Positions 10,122-19,472 of a stretch of 64,000 bases of DNA are shown piece after piece. The stretch comes from an uncultured Clostridia bacterium (GTDB taxonomy: Bacteria > Bacillota > Clostridia > Christensenellales > UBA3700). Positions within the stretch are counted from its first letter, which is position 1, and each line of letters starts with the position of its first letter. The stretch covers positions 14,436 to 78,435 of the forward strand of contig CALWKO010000002.1 of NCBI GenBank assembly GCA_944381275.1, read 5' to 3'. A model generated the notes under the pieces. It did not search any database, was not told the DNA's origin, and was given only the letters and a program-made list of their open reading frames with translations. Both the position numbers and the translations under genes were made by a program.

Positions 10122-11918
10122 TTATTTATTTTCCTTGTCGTCGCTTATCTTGATGGAGAGTTCGATAAGCTGTTTGTCGTCCACCTGCGCGGGGGCGCCC
10201 GTCATGAGGCAGGACGCGTTTTGAATCTTGGGGAACGCGATGACGTCCTTTATGTTGTCGCAGCCGGTAACGAGCATAACGAGCCTGTCCAAGCCGAAGG
10301 CAAGTCCGCCGTGCGGGGGTGCGCCGTACTTGAACGCGTCTACGAAAAATCCGAAGCGTGTTTTGATGTCCTCATCGCTCATGCCCAGCTTTTCAAACAT
10401 CTTCTGCTGCATATTGGGATCGTGGATCCTTATGCTTCCGCCGCCCGCTTCCTGTCCGTTTATGACCAAGTCGTAAGCGTTTGCGCGCGCAGCGAGCGGA
10501 TTAGTGTCGAGCAGAGGAATATCCTCGCTCTTCACGCTGGTAAAGGGATGGTGCACGGCGACAAGCCTGCCTTCTTCTTCGCTGTATTCAAACATGGGGA
10601 AGTCCACCACCCACAAAAAGTCGTACTTGCTCTTGTCGTAAAGGTTGTACTTATCGGCAAGATAGCACCTAAGTCCGCCTAAACAGTCGGTCACGAGCTG
10701 CCCTTTTTCACTTGCGGCGAAGAAGAGGATGTCGCCCTCCTGCGCGCCCGTGATCTCCTCTATCTTCGCGATGGTTTCGGGGGTGAGAAACTTATAGAAA
10801 GAAGCGGTCACTCCCTCTTTTTTATAGTTGGCAAAGGCAAGTCCGCCAAGTCCGTATCCCTTGGCAAAGTCGGCGCAGGCGTCGATGTCCTTCCTGGTCA
10901 TCACCTTGCCCAAACCTTTTGCGTTGATCGCCCTTACCGCGCCCTTTTGCGCCGCTTGAGCGAACACTGAAAAGCCGCAGTCCTTCACTATATCGGTGAT
11001 ATCCTTCAATTCCAGATCAAAGCGAGTATCCGGCTTGTCGCTGCCCCAGCGCGCCATCGCTTCGGCATAGGGGATGCGGCGGAATTTGCCCTCGAATTTG
11101 AGTCCGCAACATTCGGAGAACACCTTTTTGATCATCTCTTCGGCGATTTCCATCACGTCCTCGCTGTCCTCTACATAGCTCATTTCCATATCTATCTGCG
11201 TAAATTCGGGCTGACGGTTGGCGCGCAAGTCCTCGTCGCGGAAGCATCTAGCCACCTGATAATACCTATCCATTCCAGCGATCATGAGCAGCTGTTTGTA
11301 GAGTTGAGGGGATTGCGGCAGGGCGTAAAACTCGCCGGGATGTACGCGTGAAGGCACGAGATAATCGCGCGCGCCCTCGGGCGTGGATTTACCCAGGAAG
11401 GGCGTTTCTATCTCTAAAAATCCGTTATCGGAAAGATAGCCCCTCACAATGCGCGTTATCTTGTCGCGCATGATAAGTTTTTGCTGCAGATATGCCCTTC
11501 TCAAATCGAGATAACGATATTTCAGCCTGAGCGTTTCCGCCGCCTTAACGTCCTCGCATATCACAAAGGGCGCAACTTCCGCTTCGGAAAGTATCTTCAG
11601 CCCGTCAGCCAATATCTCCACCTCGCCGGTGGGCAGATTTTTATTGATGTTGCTGCCCCTGCTCCTCACAGTGCCTTCACAGCACACGACGTATTCGTTG
11701 CGCAGTCCTTCCGCCTTTTTAAAGACTTCCTCACTGCACGCGGAATCGAACGCCACCTGCACTATACCCGTGCGGTCGCGCACGTCGATGAAGATAAGAT
11801 TGCCCAGGTTGCGGTATTTCGCCACAAAACCCATGACCACGGCGCGATTGCCCTCGTCGCTCGCCCTGAGCGTGCCGCACATATGCGTGCGCTTTGCTCC
11901 GTTTAACAGTTCACTCAT
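10122..11918 (-). CDS. aspS: Aspartate--tRNA ligase
   Basis: 598 aa, class II. Contains an OB-fold N-terminus, FRDEDLRANRQPEFTQID (motif 2), the GAD insertion and GGLAFGLDRLVM (motif 3). Confidence 0.97.
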   Translation of the reverse strand: MSELLNGAKRTHMCGTLRASDEGNRAVVMGFVAKYRNLGNLIFIDVRDRTGIVQVAFDSACSEEVFKKAEGLRNEYVVCCEGTVRSRGSNINKNLPTGEVEILADGLKILSEAEVAPFVICEDVKAAETLRLKYRYLDLRRAYLQQKLIMRDKITRIVRGYLSDNGFLEIETPFLGKSTPEGARDYLVPSRVHPGEFYALPQSPQLYKQLLMIAGMDRYYQVARCFRDEDLRANRQPEFTQIDMEMSYVEDSEDVMEIAEEMIKKVFSECCGLKFEGKFRRIPYAEAMARWGSDKPDTRFDLELKDITDIVKDCGFSVFAQAAQKGAVRAINAKGLGKVMTRKDIDACADFAKGYGLGGLAFANYKKEGVTASFYKFLTPETIAKIEEITGAQEGDILFFAASEKGQLVTDCLGGLRCYLADKYNLYDKSKYDFLWVVDFPMFEYSEEEGRLVAVHHPFTSVKSEDIPLLDTNPLAARANAYDLVINGQEAGGGSIRIHDPNMQQKMFEKLGMSDEDIKTRFGFFVDAFKYGAPPHGGLAFGLDRLVMLVTGCDNIKDVIAFPKIQNASCLMTGAPAQVDDKQLIELSIKISDDKENK

Positions 11919-13167
11919 ATAAAGCCTCCGTAAGCTCTTCTTCCGTCATGGCGGAGGAAGTTCCGTCCGCCATATTCTTTACGGTATATATTCCCTTTTG
12001 AATTTCGTCCTCGCCGATAAACACCACTTTCTTCGCGCCTATCTTAGAGGCATACTTCATCTGCGCCTTTAAGCTCCTGCCGGAAATTTCACGCTCCACG
12101 GCAAAGCCCTTTGCGCGCAGTCTGCCAGCCATGGCGAGCGCAACGGTATACCCCTGCTCGCACAGCGGAGCCAAATATACGTCCGGACCGGCGGGCTGAG
12201 GGATTTGAATGCCCGTGTTCTGCATAACCATGAGCAGGCGCTCTATTCCCATGCCGAATCCCGCCGCGGGAGTGGGTTTTCCGCCCACCTGCTGCACGAG
12301 TCCGTCATATCTTCCGCCGCCGCAAACCGTGCCCTGCGCGCCTATGGCGGTGCTTATAAATTCAAACACGGTGCGGGTATAGTAGTCAAGTCCGCGCACG
12401 ATGTGCGGATTTACGGTATATTTCACGCCCACGGCTTCAAGCGCCTTGCACAGCTCCTCGTGATGTTTTTTGCAGTCGTCGCACAGGTAATCGAGGATGA
12501 CGGGCGCACCCGCGCCTATCTCCTTGCACTTTTCTTCCTTACAGTCGAGTATGCGCAGCGGATTTTTGTCCAGCCTTTCACGGCAGGTGGAGCACATCTC
12601 GCCGATACGGGCGGAAAAATACTCCTTCAACGCCCTGTTGTAGTCCGCCCTGCACTTGGGGCAGCCGATGGAATTGATGTTCAAGGCGAGCATGTCGTCC
12701 TTGATGCCTACCTTATTCAGCATGGCGCGGGCGATGAGTATCACCTCTGCGTCCGCCTGCGGCGTTGCCGAGCCGTAAACTTCCACGCCGAACTGGTGAT
12801 GTTCGCGCAGTCTGCCCGCCTGCGGCCTTTCGTACCTGAATACGGGCGTGATGTAATACATCTTTGTGGGCTGGGGATTTTCACCTAAGCCGTTTTCTAT
12901 AAAAGCGCGCGCAACGCCCGCCGTACCTTCCGGCTTTAAGGTGATGCTCCTGCCGCCCTTGTCGTTGAATGTATACATTTCCTTGTTGACGATATCCGTC
13001 GTGTCGCCCACGCCGCGCAAGAACAGCTCCGTATGTTCAAACACGGGGGTGCGGATCTCCTGCATGCAGAATTCCTTAGCCACCTCGCGCGCCTTATCCT
13101 CCACGAAGTGCCACTTATATGATTCTGAGGGGATAACGTCTTTTGTACCTTTTGGTATGTTTATCAT
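11911..13167 (-). CDS. hisS: Histidine--tRNA ligase
   Basis: 418 aa. Contains GTKDVIP, YITPVFRYERPQAGRLREHHQFG, GGGRYDGLV and GFGMGIERL. Overlaps aspS by 8 nt. Confidence 0.97.
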   Translation of the reverse strand: MINIPKGTKDVIPSESYKWHFVEDKAREVAKEFCMQEIRTPVFEHTELFLRGVGDTTDIVNKEMYTFNDKGGRSITLKPEGTAGVARAFIENGLGENPQPTKMYYITPVFRYERPQAGRLREHHQFGVEVYGSATPQADAEVILIARAMLNKVGIKDDMLALNINSIGCPKCRADYNRALKEYFSARIGEMCSTCRERLDKNPLRILDCKEEKCKEIGAGAPVILDYLCDDCKKHHEELCKALEAVGVKYTVNPHIVRGLDYYTRTVFEFISTAIGAQGTVCGGGRYDGLVQQVGGKPTPAAGFGMGIERLLMVMQNTGIQIPQPAGPDVYLAPLCEQGYTVALAMAGRLRAKGFAVEREISGRSLKAQMKYASKIGAKKVVFIGEDEIQKGIYTVKNMADGTSSAMTEEELTEALYE

Positions 13168-13174
13168 CTTTGCC

Positions 13175-14488
13175 TCACAGTATATATTTTTTAAGATTCT
13201 GCGCCTTTATCGAGCCTTCCAAATGCGTTTCCACATAGTGCCTGTCCACGGTGACTTCCACGGTGGAAGTGAGGTTGCCCGCATTGAAGGAGATGTCTTC
13301 CAGCAGATTTTCCATTATGGTGTGCAGTCTGCGTGCGCCGATGTCCTCGTTGTTGTCGTTTTCATTCACGGCTATCTCCGCAATGAGGTCGATGGCTTCC
13401 GCGGTGAATTTGAGCTCCACGTTGTCCACGCGCAGCAGTTCGGTGTACTGCTTCAAAATGGCGTTGTCCGTCTGCGTGAGAATGCGCTTGAAGTCCTCCT
13501 TGCCCAAGCTGTCCAGCTTGACAAGGATGGGGAACCTGCCCTGCAATTCGGGGATGAGGTCGGAAACCTTTGCAATATGGAACGCGCCTGCGGCGATGAA
13601 CAGTATAAAGTCCGTTTTGATAATGCCGTACTTGGTGCTCACGGTGCATCCTTCCACAATGGGCAGTATGTCGCGCTGAACGCCCTCGCGGGATACGTCG
13701 GGGCCGCTCGTATTGCCGCGCGCGGTTATCTTGTCTATTTCGTCGATGAAGATAATGCCCTCGTTTTCCGCACGCTCTATCGCCTCCGCGTTCACGTTAT
13801 CCGAATCGATGAGTTTGTCCGATTCGGCGAGCATGAGCAGCTCGCGCGCTTTTTTAACGGTGAGCCTGCGCTTTTTCTTGCGCTTGGGCAAAATTCCGCC
13901 CAGCATTTCGCCTATATTTATCTCCACGCCCGAACCGGGAACGAGCTGCTGGGGCTTAGGGGTGTCCACCATCTCTATTTCGATGGTGTAGCCGTCCATC
14001 TCCCCGCCGCGGTAGGCGGCGATTGCGGCTTGCTGGATCTCCTTTGCGTCCGTGCCCTCGGGCATCTCCTTGCCCTTTATTCCTATAAGCACGGGGAGGA
14101 GAATTTTTTCCACGCTTGCGGCGGCCCTGCCTTCCACTTCCTTATATTTTTCCTCTTTCACAAGGCGGACGGATACCTCGACCAAATCCCTGATCATGGA
14201 TTCCACATCCCTGCCCACATAGCCAACTTCCGTGAACTTGGTGGCTTCAACTTTGATGAAGGGCGCCTTTACGAGCTTGGCGAGCCTTCTTGCTATCTCC
14301 GTTTTACCCACGCCGGTGGGACCCTGCATTATGATGTTCTTGGGAGTTATCTCCTGCCTGAGCTCTGGGGTGAGGCGTGAGCGGCGATAGCGGTTGCGCA
14401 GAGCGATCGCCACCGCGCGCTTGGCTTTGTCCTGCCCGATGATGTATCTGTCTAATTCCGTTATTATCTGCTTGGGAGTAAATTCCAT
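13175..14488 (-). CDS. hslU: ATP-dependent protease ATPase subunit HslU
   Basis: 437 aa. Contains TPKQIITELDRYIIGQDKAK, Walker A GPTGVGKTEIARRLA, GIIFIDEIDK and GARRLHTIME. Confidence 0.97.
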   Translation of the reverse strand: MEFTPKQIITELDRYIIGQDKAKRAVAIALRNRYRRSRLTPELRQEITPKNIIMQGPTGVGKTEIARRLAKLVKAPFIKVEATKFTEVGYVGRDVESMIRDLVEVSVRLVKEEKYKEVEGRAAASVEKILLPVLIGIKGKEMPEGTDAKEIQQAAIAAYRGGEMDGYTIEIEMVDTPKPQQLVPGSGVEINIGEMLGGILPKRKKKRRLTVKKARELLMLAESDKLIDSDNVNAEAIERAENEGIIFIDEIDKITARGNTSGPDVSREGVQRDILPIVEGCTVSTKYGIIKTDFILFIAAGAFHIAKVSDLIPELQGRFPILVKLDSLGKEDFKRILTQTDNAILKQYTELLRVDNVELKFTAEAIDLIAEIAVNENDNNEDIGARRLHTIMENLLEDISFNAGNLTSTVEVTVDRHYVETHLEGSIKAQNLKKYIL

Positions 14489-14489
14489 A

Positions 14490-15023
14490 TCACACCTCCT
14501 CCACGACTATATGGTCGTTGGTGAAAACGCACAGCTCGCTTGCTATGAGCAGCGCCTTTTTAGCTATCTCCGCGGCGGAGAGCTTGGTTTCCTGCAACAG
14601 CGCACGCGCCGCCGCCAGGGCGTAATTTCCGCCCGAACCTATCGCGCAAGCGTTGCCGTCGGGGTCGATCACGTCGCCGTTACCGGAAACGATAAACAGG
14701 TTATCCTTATCTGCTACGATCATCATCGCGTCCAGCTTGCGCTGATACTTATCTCCGCGCCACATTTCGGCAAGCTCCACCGCGCTGCGCATGAGATTGC
14801 CCGAATATTTTTGCAGCATTCCCTCGAACTTTTCCGAAAGGGAAAAGGCGTCCGCAACGCTGCCGGCAAAGCCGATGACCACTTTGTCGTCATAAATCCT
14901 CTTAACCTTTCTCGCGTTGGATTTGAACACAACGCTCTCGCCTATCGTGACCTGTCCGTCACCGGCAACGGCTATTTTGCCGTCACGCCTCACGGCGCAA
15001 ATGGTAGTTCCTCTGAATTCCAT
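14490..15023 (-). CDS. hslV: ATP-dependent protease subunit HslV
   Basis: 177 aa. [22 protein letters not shown] is the N-terminal Thr nucleophile region, preceded by a short MEFRG extension. Also [10 protein letters not shown]. Confidence 0.95.
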   Translation of the reverse strand: MEFRGTTICAVRRDGKIAVAGDGQVTIGESVVFKSNARKVKRIYDDKVVIGFAGSVADAFSLSEKFEGMLQKYSGNLMRSAVELAEMWRGDKYQRKLDAMMIVADKDNLFIVSGNGDVIDPDGNACAIGSGGNYALAAARALLQETKLSAAEIAKKALLIASELCVFTNDHIVVEEV

Positions 15024-15035
15024 AATTTCTCCTTA

Positions 15036-16334
15036 TTACAGTCCCGCGGCGGCGCACATCTCTTCCAGATCGTGCAGTCCGCGGAGCGTATATGCGCGCT
15101 TGCGCATTTTTTTATCCTTTATTTTGCCGCCTTCCAAGGGCGGAAGTATGCCGAAGTTGGCGTTCATAGGCTGATAGTTGCCCGTTGCGGCGGTAAGGTG
15201 CCGGCACAGCGCTCCGCATATCGTGGTGGCGGGCGGGATAAACGCCCCTTCTCCCGTTATCCTGCGCGCGGCGTTTATCGCGCCTATAAGTCCCGAAGCC
15301 ATACTCTCCACATACCCTTCCACTCCGGCAAGCTGCCCCACGATGAACACGTTGGGCATAGCCTTTAAGGAAAAGTCGTTATTTAGGCAGGCGGGTGCAT
15401 TCACATATGTATTGCGGTGCATTATCCCGTACCGCAAGAACTCCGCTTCTTTCAGCGCGGGAATGAGGGAAAACACCCTCTTTTGTTCGGAGAATTTCAA
15501 GTTAGTCTGAAATCCCACCAGGTTATAAGCGTCGCCCGCCAAATTCTCCTTTCTCAGCTGCAATACCGCATACGGCTTTTCTCCGCTCGGGAGCCTGAGC
15601 CCCACCGGGCGCAGAGGTCCGAAGCGCATTGCGTCCTCTCCTCGTGCGGCGAGCGCTTCTATCGGCATGCACCCCTCGAACACGTCGCCCTTTTCAAAGT
15701 CGTGCAGCACGGCTTTTTCTGCGCCGATAAGCGCATCCCTAAAAGCGAGATACTCTTCCCTGTTCATCGGGCAGTTGAGATAGTCCGCCTCGCCTTTGTC
15801 ATATCTTGCGGCAAAGAACGCGCTGTTCATATCCACGCTCGCCGCGCTCACGATGGGCGCGACCGCGTCGTAAAAATGCAGTCCTCCGCCGCACATTTGC
15901 GCCAAATACTCCGCCATCTTGTCCGAAACCATCGGTCCGCACGCCACCAGGGTTATCCCCTCTTCCGGCACTCCCGCCGCTTCTTCCCTCACCACTTTCA
16001 CGCCCAAGCGTGACAGCTCGCCTTCTACCGCCAAGGAAAACTTTTCCCTGTCCACGGCGAGCGCTCCGCCCGCGGGCACAGCCGCCTTACGAGCCAAAGA
16101 AAGAAGAGTGCCGCCCAAACGGTCTATCTCCGCCTTCAGCATGCCGGACGCGGTATCTTCGCCCGTGGCTTTAAGGCTGTTACTGCACACGAGTTCAGCA
16201 AGCCTGTCCGTCTTATGGCAGGGGGTGGAACGCACCCCGCGCATCTCGGTTATCGTGACGTCGTAGCCGCGGCGGGCGAGGTAACAAGCCGCCTCACAGC
16301 CGGCAAGTCCGCCGCCGATAACGCTTATCTTCAC
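15036..16334 (-). CDS. trmFO: Methylenetetrahydrofolate--tRNA-(uracil-5-)-methyltransferase TrmFO
   Basis: 432 aa. Contains the FAD fold VIGGGLAGCEAA, ELVCSNSLK, GFQTNLK and FIVGQLAGVEGYVES. Confidence 0.95.
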   Translation of the reverse strand: MKISVIGGGLAGCEAACYLARRGYDVTITEMRGVRSTPCHKTDRLAELVCSNSLKATGEDTASGMLKAEIDRLGGTLLSLARKAAVPAGGALAVDREKFSLAVEGELSRLGVKVVREEAAGVPEEGITLVACGPMVSDKMAEYLAQMCGGGLHFYDAVAPIVSAASVDMNSAFFAARYDKGEADYLNCPMNREEYLAFRDALIGAEKAVLHDFEKGDVFEGCMPIEALAARGEDAMRFGPLRPVGLRLPSGEKPYAVLQLRKENLAGDAYNLVGFQTNLKFSEQKRVFSLIPALKEAEFLRYGIMHRNTYVNAPACLNNDFSLKAMPNVFIVGQLAGVEGYVESMASGLIGAINAARRITGEGAFIPPATTICGALCRHLTAATGNYQPMNANFGILPPLEGGKIKDKKMRKRAYTLRGLHDLEEMCAAAGL

Positions 16335-18439
16335 TTATCTTCTCCGTCCGCGCCCTCTTCGGGAAGAGGAACGGATTCCACATAGCCGCATTGCTTATTA
16401 AGGCACACATACCTGTGTTTTTCGCCCTTTCCCGCCTGCTTCATAAAGCCGCCGCATTTGGGGCACCTCACGGGCGCGGGCAAATCCCAAGAGATAAAGT
16501 CGCACTGCGGATAGCCCGAGCAGGAATAGAACACGTTGCCCTTTTTTGACACCTTACGGGAAACGCCTCTGCCGCACACGGGGCAGGTGGTCACATACCC
16601 TTCGTAAGGTTTGGTAAACTTGCAGTGCGGGAAGTTGGGGCAAGCCAAAAACTTGCCGTACTTGCCCTCGCGCACCACCAGCTTGGCGCCGCAGTTGGGG
16701 CATACTTCGTCCGTTTCCTCCGGCTTGGGCTTTTTCGTTTCCCCGTCGAAACGAGCCATGGCGCAGCGCTTTTTGAAGTCGGGGTAAAAGTCTGCTATTA
16801 TCTTCTCCCACTGCACTCCGCCGTCCTCTATTCTGTCCAAATTCAACTCCATATCCGAGGTAAATTTTACGTCCATGATGTTGGGGAAGTACTTGACGAG
16901 CATGTCGCACACAGTTTCCCCAAGCTCGGTGGGTTTGATGAATTTGCCGTCCTTTTCTATATAGTTGCGCTTGGATATGACGGATATGGTCGCGGCGTAA
17001 GTGCTCGGGCGGCCTATGCCGTTGTCTTCCATGCCCTTGACGAGCGTCGCGTCCGTAAAACGCGCGGGAGGCGTGGTGAACTTTTGCTCCGCCTTCATCT
17101 CCTTCAAAGTGAAGTCCTCGCCCTCTTTTATGTTGGGGAGGGGCTTTGCGTCCTTGTCGTTGCTCTCGCCGGCGGGCATATATGCCGCCTGCCAGCCTTT
17201 GAACTTCAACGTCTTGCCTTTGAGCACATACCCGTAATTTTTATCCGATTGCGAGGTGATGTGCACGGTGAGAGTATCGTAAAGCGCAGGCGCCATTTGA
17301 CTTGCCACAAACCTGTCGTATATAAGTTTGTATAACTTATAGGTATTCTTTTGCAGCTTATCCTTCAACGACTCCGGTGTCATGGAGAGGGATATGGGGC
17401 GGATGGCTTCGTGCGCGTCCTGAGCGCTGCTCTTTGCCTTATACACGTTGGGCTTTGCGGGCGCGTACTCGTCGCCGTAAGCGGCGCGGATGTGTGCGAG
17501 CGCTTCGTTCTGCGCCTCCGCCGACACGCGCGTGCTGTCCGTTCTGATATAGGTCACGAGCGCGGTGTGCCCCATGCCGGGAATATCTATGCCTTCATAC
17601 AGCTGTTGAGCTATCTGCATCACCTGCACGGGCGTCATATTCAGCTTGGAAGCCGCGTCCTGCTGCATGGTGGAAGTGGTGAACGGCGGATGAGGGCGAG
17701 AAACGGAGGTATCGCGCTTTACGCTGTCGGCGATCCACTTGCCCGCCTTGCTGCCGTTTACTATGCTGTCGGCAAGTTCCTTATTGCCCACCTTGGTCTT
17801 TTTTCCGTCGATGTCGCTGAAGTCGCACTTGAGCATGGCGGGAACGTCGTACTTGAACAGAATTGCGGAGATATTCCAATACTCTTCCGGCACGAAGTTG
17901 CGTATCTCCCTCTCACGGTCGACGACCATTTTGAGGGCGACGGACTGCACTCTGCCCGCAGATAAGCCGCTCTTTATCTTCCTGGAAAGGATGGGCGATA
18001 CTTCGTAACCCACAAGTCTGTCCAGCACCCTGCGCGCCTGCTGCGCGTTGACCAGGTTGAGATTTATCTTCCTGGGGTGGTTGAGCGCCGCGAGCACCGC
18101 TTTTTTGGAAATTTCGTTGAACTCGATGCGAATATCGTTGTCCGCAAGTTTGAACACCTGCGAGATGTGCCAAGAAATCGCCTCTCCTTCGCGGTCGGGG
18201 TCGGAAGCGAGATATACTTTATTTGCCTTGCCTATCGCCTTGCGCAGGCTGTCGATTATGTTCTTTTTCGACTCGGTTATCACATATTCGGGTTTGAAAT
18301 TATGCTCTATATCTATGCCCATGCGATGTTCGGGCAAATCCCTGATATGCCCTCCCGACGCCATGACCATATACTGCTTTCCCAGATATTTAGAGATGGT
18401 TTTTGCCTTATGCGGCGATTCCACTATGATCAAATCCAT
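16331..18439 (-). CDS. topA: DNA topoisomerase I
   Basis: 702 aa. Contains a TOPRIM N-terminus (LIIVESPHKAKTI, DPDREGE), the active-site region LVTYIRTDS and three C-terminal CxxC Zn ribbons. Confidence 0.97.
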   Translation of the reverse strand: MDLIIVESPHKAKTISKYLGKQYMVMASGGHIRDLPEHRMGIDIEHNFKPEYVITESKKNIIDSLRKAIGKANKVYLASDPDREGEAISWHISQVFKLADNDIRIEFNEISKKAVLAALNHPRKINLNLVNAQQARRVLDRLVGYEVSPILSRKIKSGLSAGRVQSVALKMVVDREREIRNFVPEEYWNISAILFKYDVPAMLKCDFSDIDGKKTKVGNKELADSIVNGSKAGKWIADSVKRDTSVSRPHPPFTTSTMQQDAASKLNMTPVQVMQIAQQLYEGIDIPGMGHTALVTYIRTDSTRVSAEAQNEALAHIRAAYGDEYAPAKPNVYKAKSSAQDAHEAIRPISLSMTPESLKDKLQKNTYKLYKLIYDRFVASQMAPALYDTLTVHITSQSDKNYGYVLKGKTLKFKGWQAAYMPAGESNDKDAKPLPNIKEGEDFTLKEMKAEQKFTTPPARFTDATLVKGMEDNGIGRPSTYAATISVISKRNYIEKDGKFIKPTELGETVCDMLVKYFPNIMDVKFTSDMELNLDRIEDGGVQWEKIIADFYPDFKKRCAMARFDGETKKPKPEETDEVCPNCGAKLVVREGKYGKFLACPNFPHCKFTKPYEGYVTTCPVCGRGVSRKVSKKGNVFYSCSGYPQCDFISWDLPAPVRCPKCGGFMKQAGKGEKHRYVCLNKQCGYVESVPLPEEGADGEDK

Positions 18440-18455
18440 TCTTTCCTAATCTCCC

Positions 18456-19472
18456 TCAATGTCGTCTATTCCTTGCAAGCGTATAGTAGTTGCCTGCCAA
18501 TCTCTTCACAAAGCCGTCCAATTCCAGCTTCATCAATATTTTTGCTATCTCGGGAATTGTGATACCCGTTTTCCTCGAGATGAGCGAATAATGCGCGCTC
18601 CCTTCGTGCTCTATCACTTCAAGCACCTGCTTTTGGTATATCGTCAGCCCCGTTATATTCTCGCCGTCGTCCTCTCCTCCCGTGTCGGCAAGGATGTCGC
18701 CTATCCTCGTTACGAGCCTTCCGCACTCCTTGAGCAGTTCGTTGCTGCCCTCACTCATGCGTGAAAAGATGCTGCCTGGCGTTACCCAAAGCTCCTTGCC
18801 CATCTCCACCGCACAATCCGCCGTGATGAGCGCGCCGCTTCCCTTTCCCGCTTCGGTGATGAGCACGCCTTTGCTTATCGCCGCCATTATCCTGTTGCGT
18901 TCGGGAAAGCGAAACGCCATGGGCGCAGTCCCGGGCGGATATTCCGTTATAAGCAGTCCGCTTGCCGCTATCTTGTCCATGAGTTCGGCGTTTTCCGCGG
19001 GATAGACTCTGTCCAATCCGCAGGCGGTGACGGCTATCGTCTTGCCCTTGCAATCGAGTGCCGCCCTGTGCGCCGCGGCGTCTATCCCTACGGCAAGACC
19101 GCTGACTATCGTCACACCCTTCTTTGCCAAACCCTCCGCAAAATATTGCGCCGCCTCAACGCCGTAGCGCGTCGCCCTGCGCGAACCGACTATAGTTATG
19201 CACTCGGATTTGAGCAGGTTTATATCGCCCTTATAATACAGCACGGGCGGCGGTTCGTAAAGTCCGTTAAGACTTTCCGGGTACTCCTTGTCTTCACGCG
19301 TGATAAAGGAGATGTGCTCCTTTTCCAATCGTGCGATGAGCTTTTTCGCTCCGCCGAGGTCGGGATAGTAAGCAAGGGCGTCGTCGGCAATTTCGCAGCG
19401 CTTTTTCAAGCTCTGCTCCGTGCTTGCGAGCAATAATGCCTTTTGCTGCGCCGTGTACTCCTTCACTCCCAA
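18456..19472 (-). CDS. dprA: DNA processing protein DprA (Smf)
   Basis: 338 aa. Contains IVGSRRATRYG, GVTIVSGLAVGIDAAAHRAAL, a Rossmann-like core and a C-terminal winged-helix domain. Confidence 0.9.
   Translation of the reverse strand: MGVKEYTAQQKALLLASTEQSLKKRCEIADDALAYYPDLGGAKKLIARLEKEHISFITREDKEYPESLNGLYEPPPVLYYKGDINLLKSECITIVGSRRATRYGVEAAQYFAEGLAKKGVTIVSGLAVGIDAAAHRAALDCKGKTIAVTACGLDRVYPAENAELMDKIAASGLLITEYPPGTAPMAFRFPERNRIMAAISKGVLITEAGKGSGALITADCAVEMGKELWVTPGSIFSRMSEGSNELLKECGRLVTRIGDILADTGGEDDGENITGLTIYQKQVLEVIEHEGSAHYSLISRKTGITIPEIAKILMKLELDGFVKRLAGNYYTLARNRRH

Noticed and set aside
13168-13174. T-box or other leader upstream of hisS, aspS, glyA or thrC
   Set aside because: The intergenic gaps are 7 nt, an 8-nt overlap, 18 nt and 13 nt respectively. 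These are too short for any riboswitch or T-box.
12866-14380. 504-aa plus-strand ORF antisense to hisS/hslU. Similar long antisense ORFs occur at 9720-10682, 14394-15368, 21280-22674, 31025-32101, 33221-33958 and 46858-47886
   Set aside because: - They are typical shadow frames opposite highly conserved genes in GC-biased coding DNA.
- They have no start context and no recognisable domains.
- Every one overlaps a confidently identified gene over its full length.
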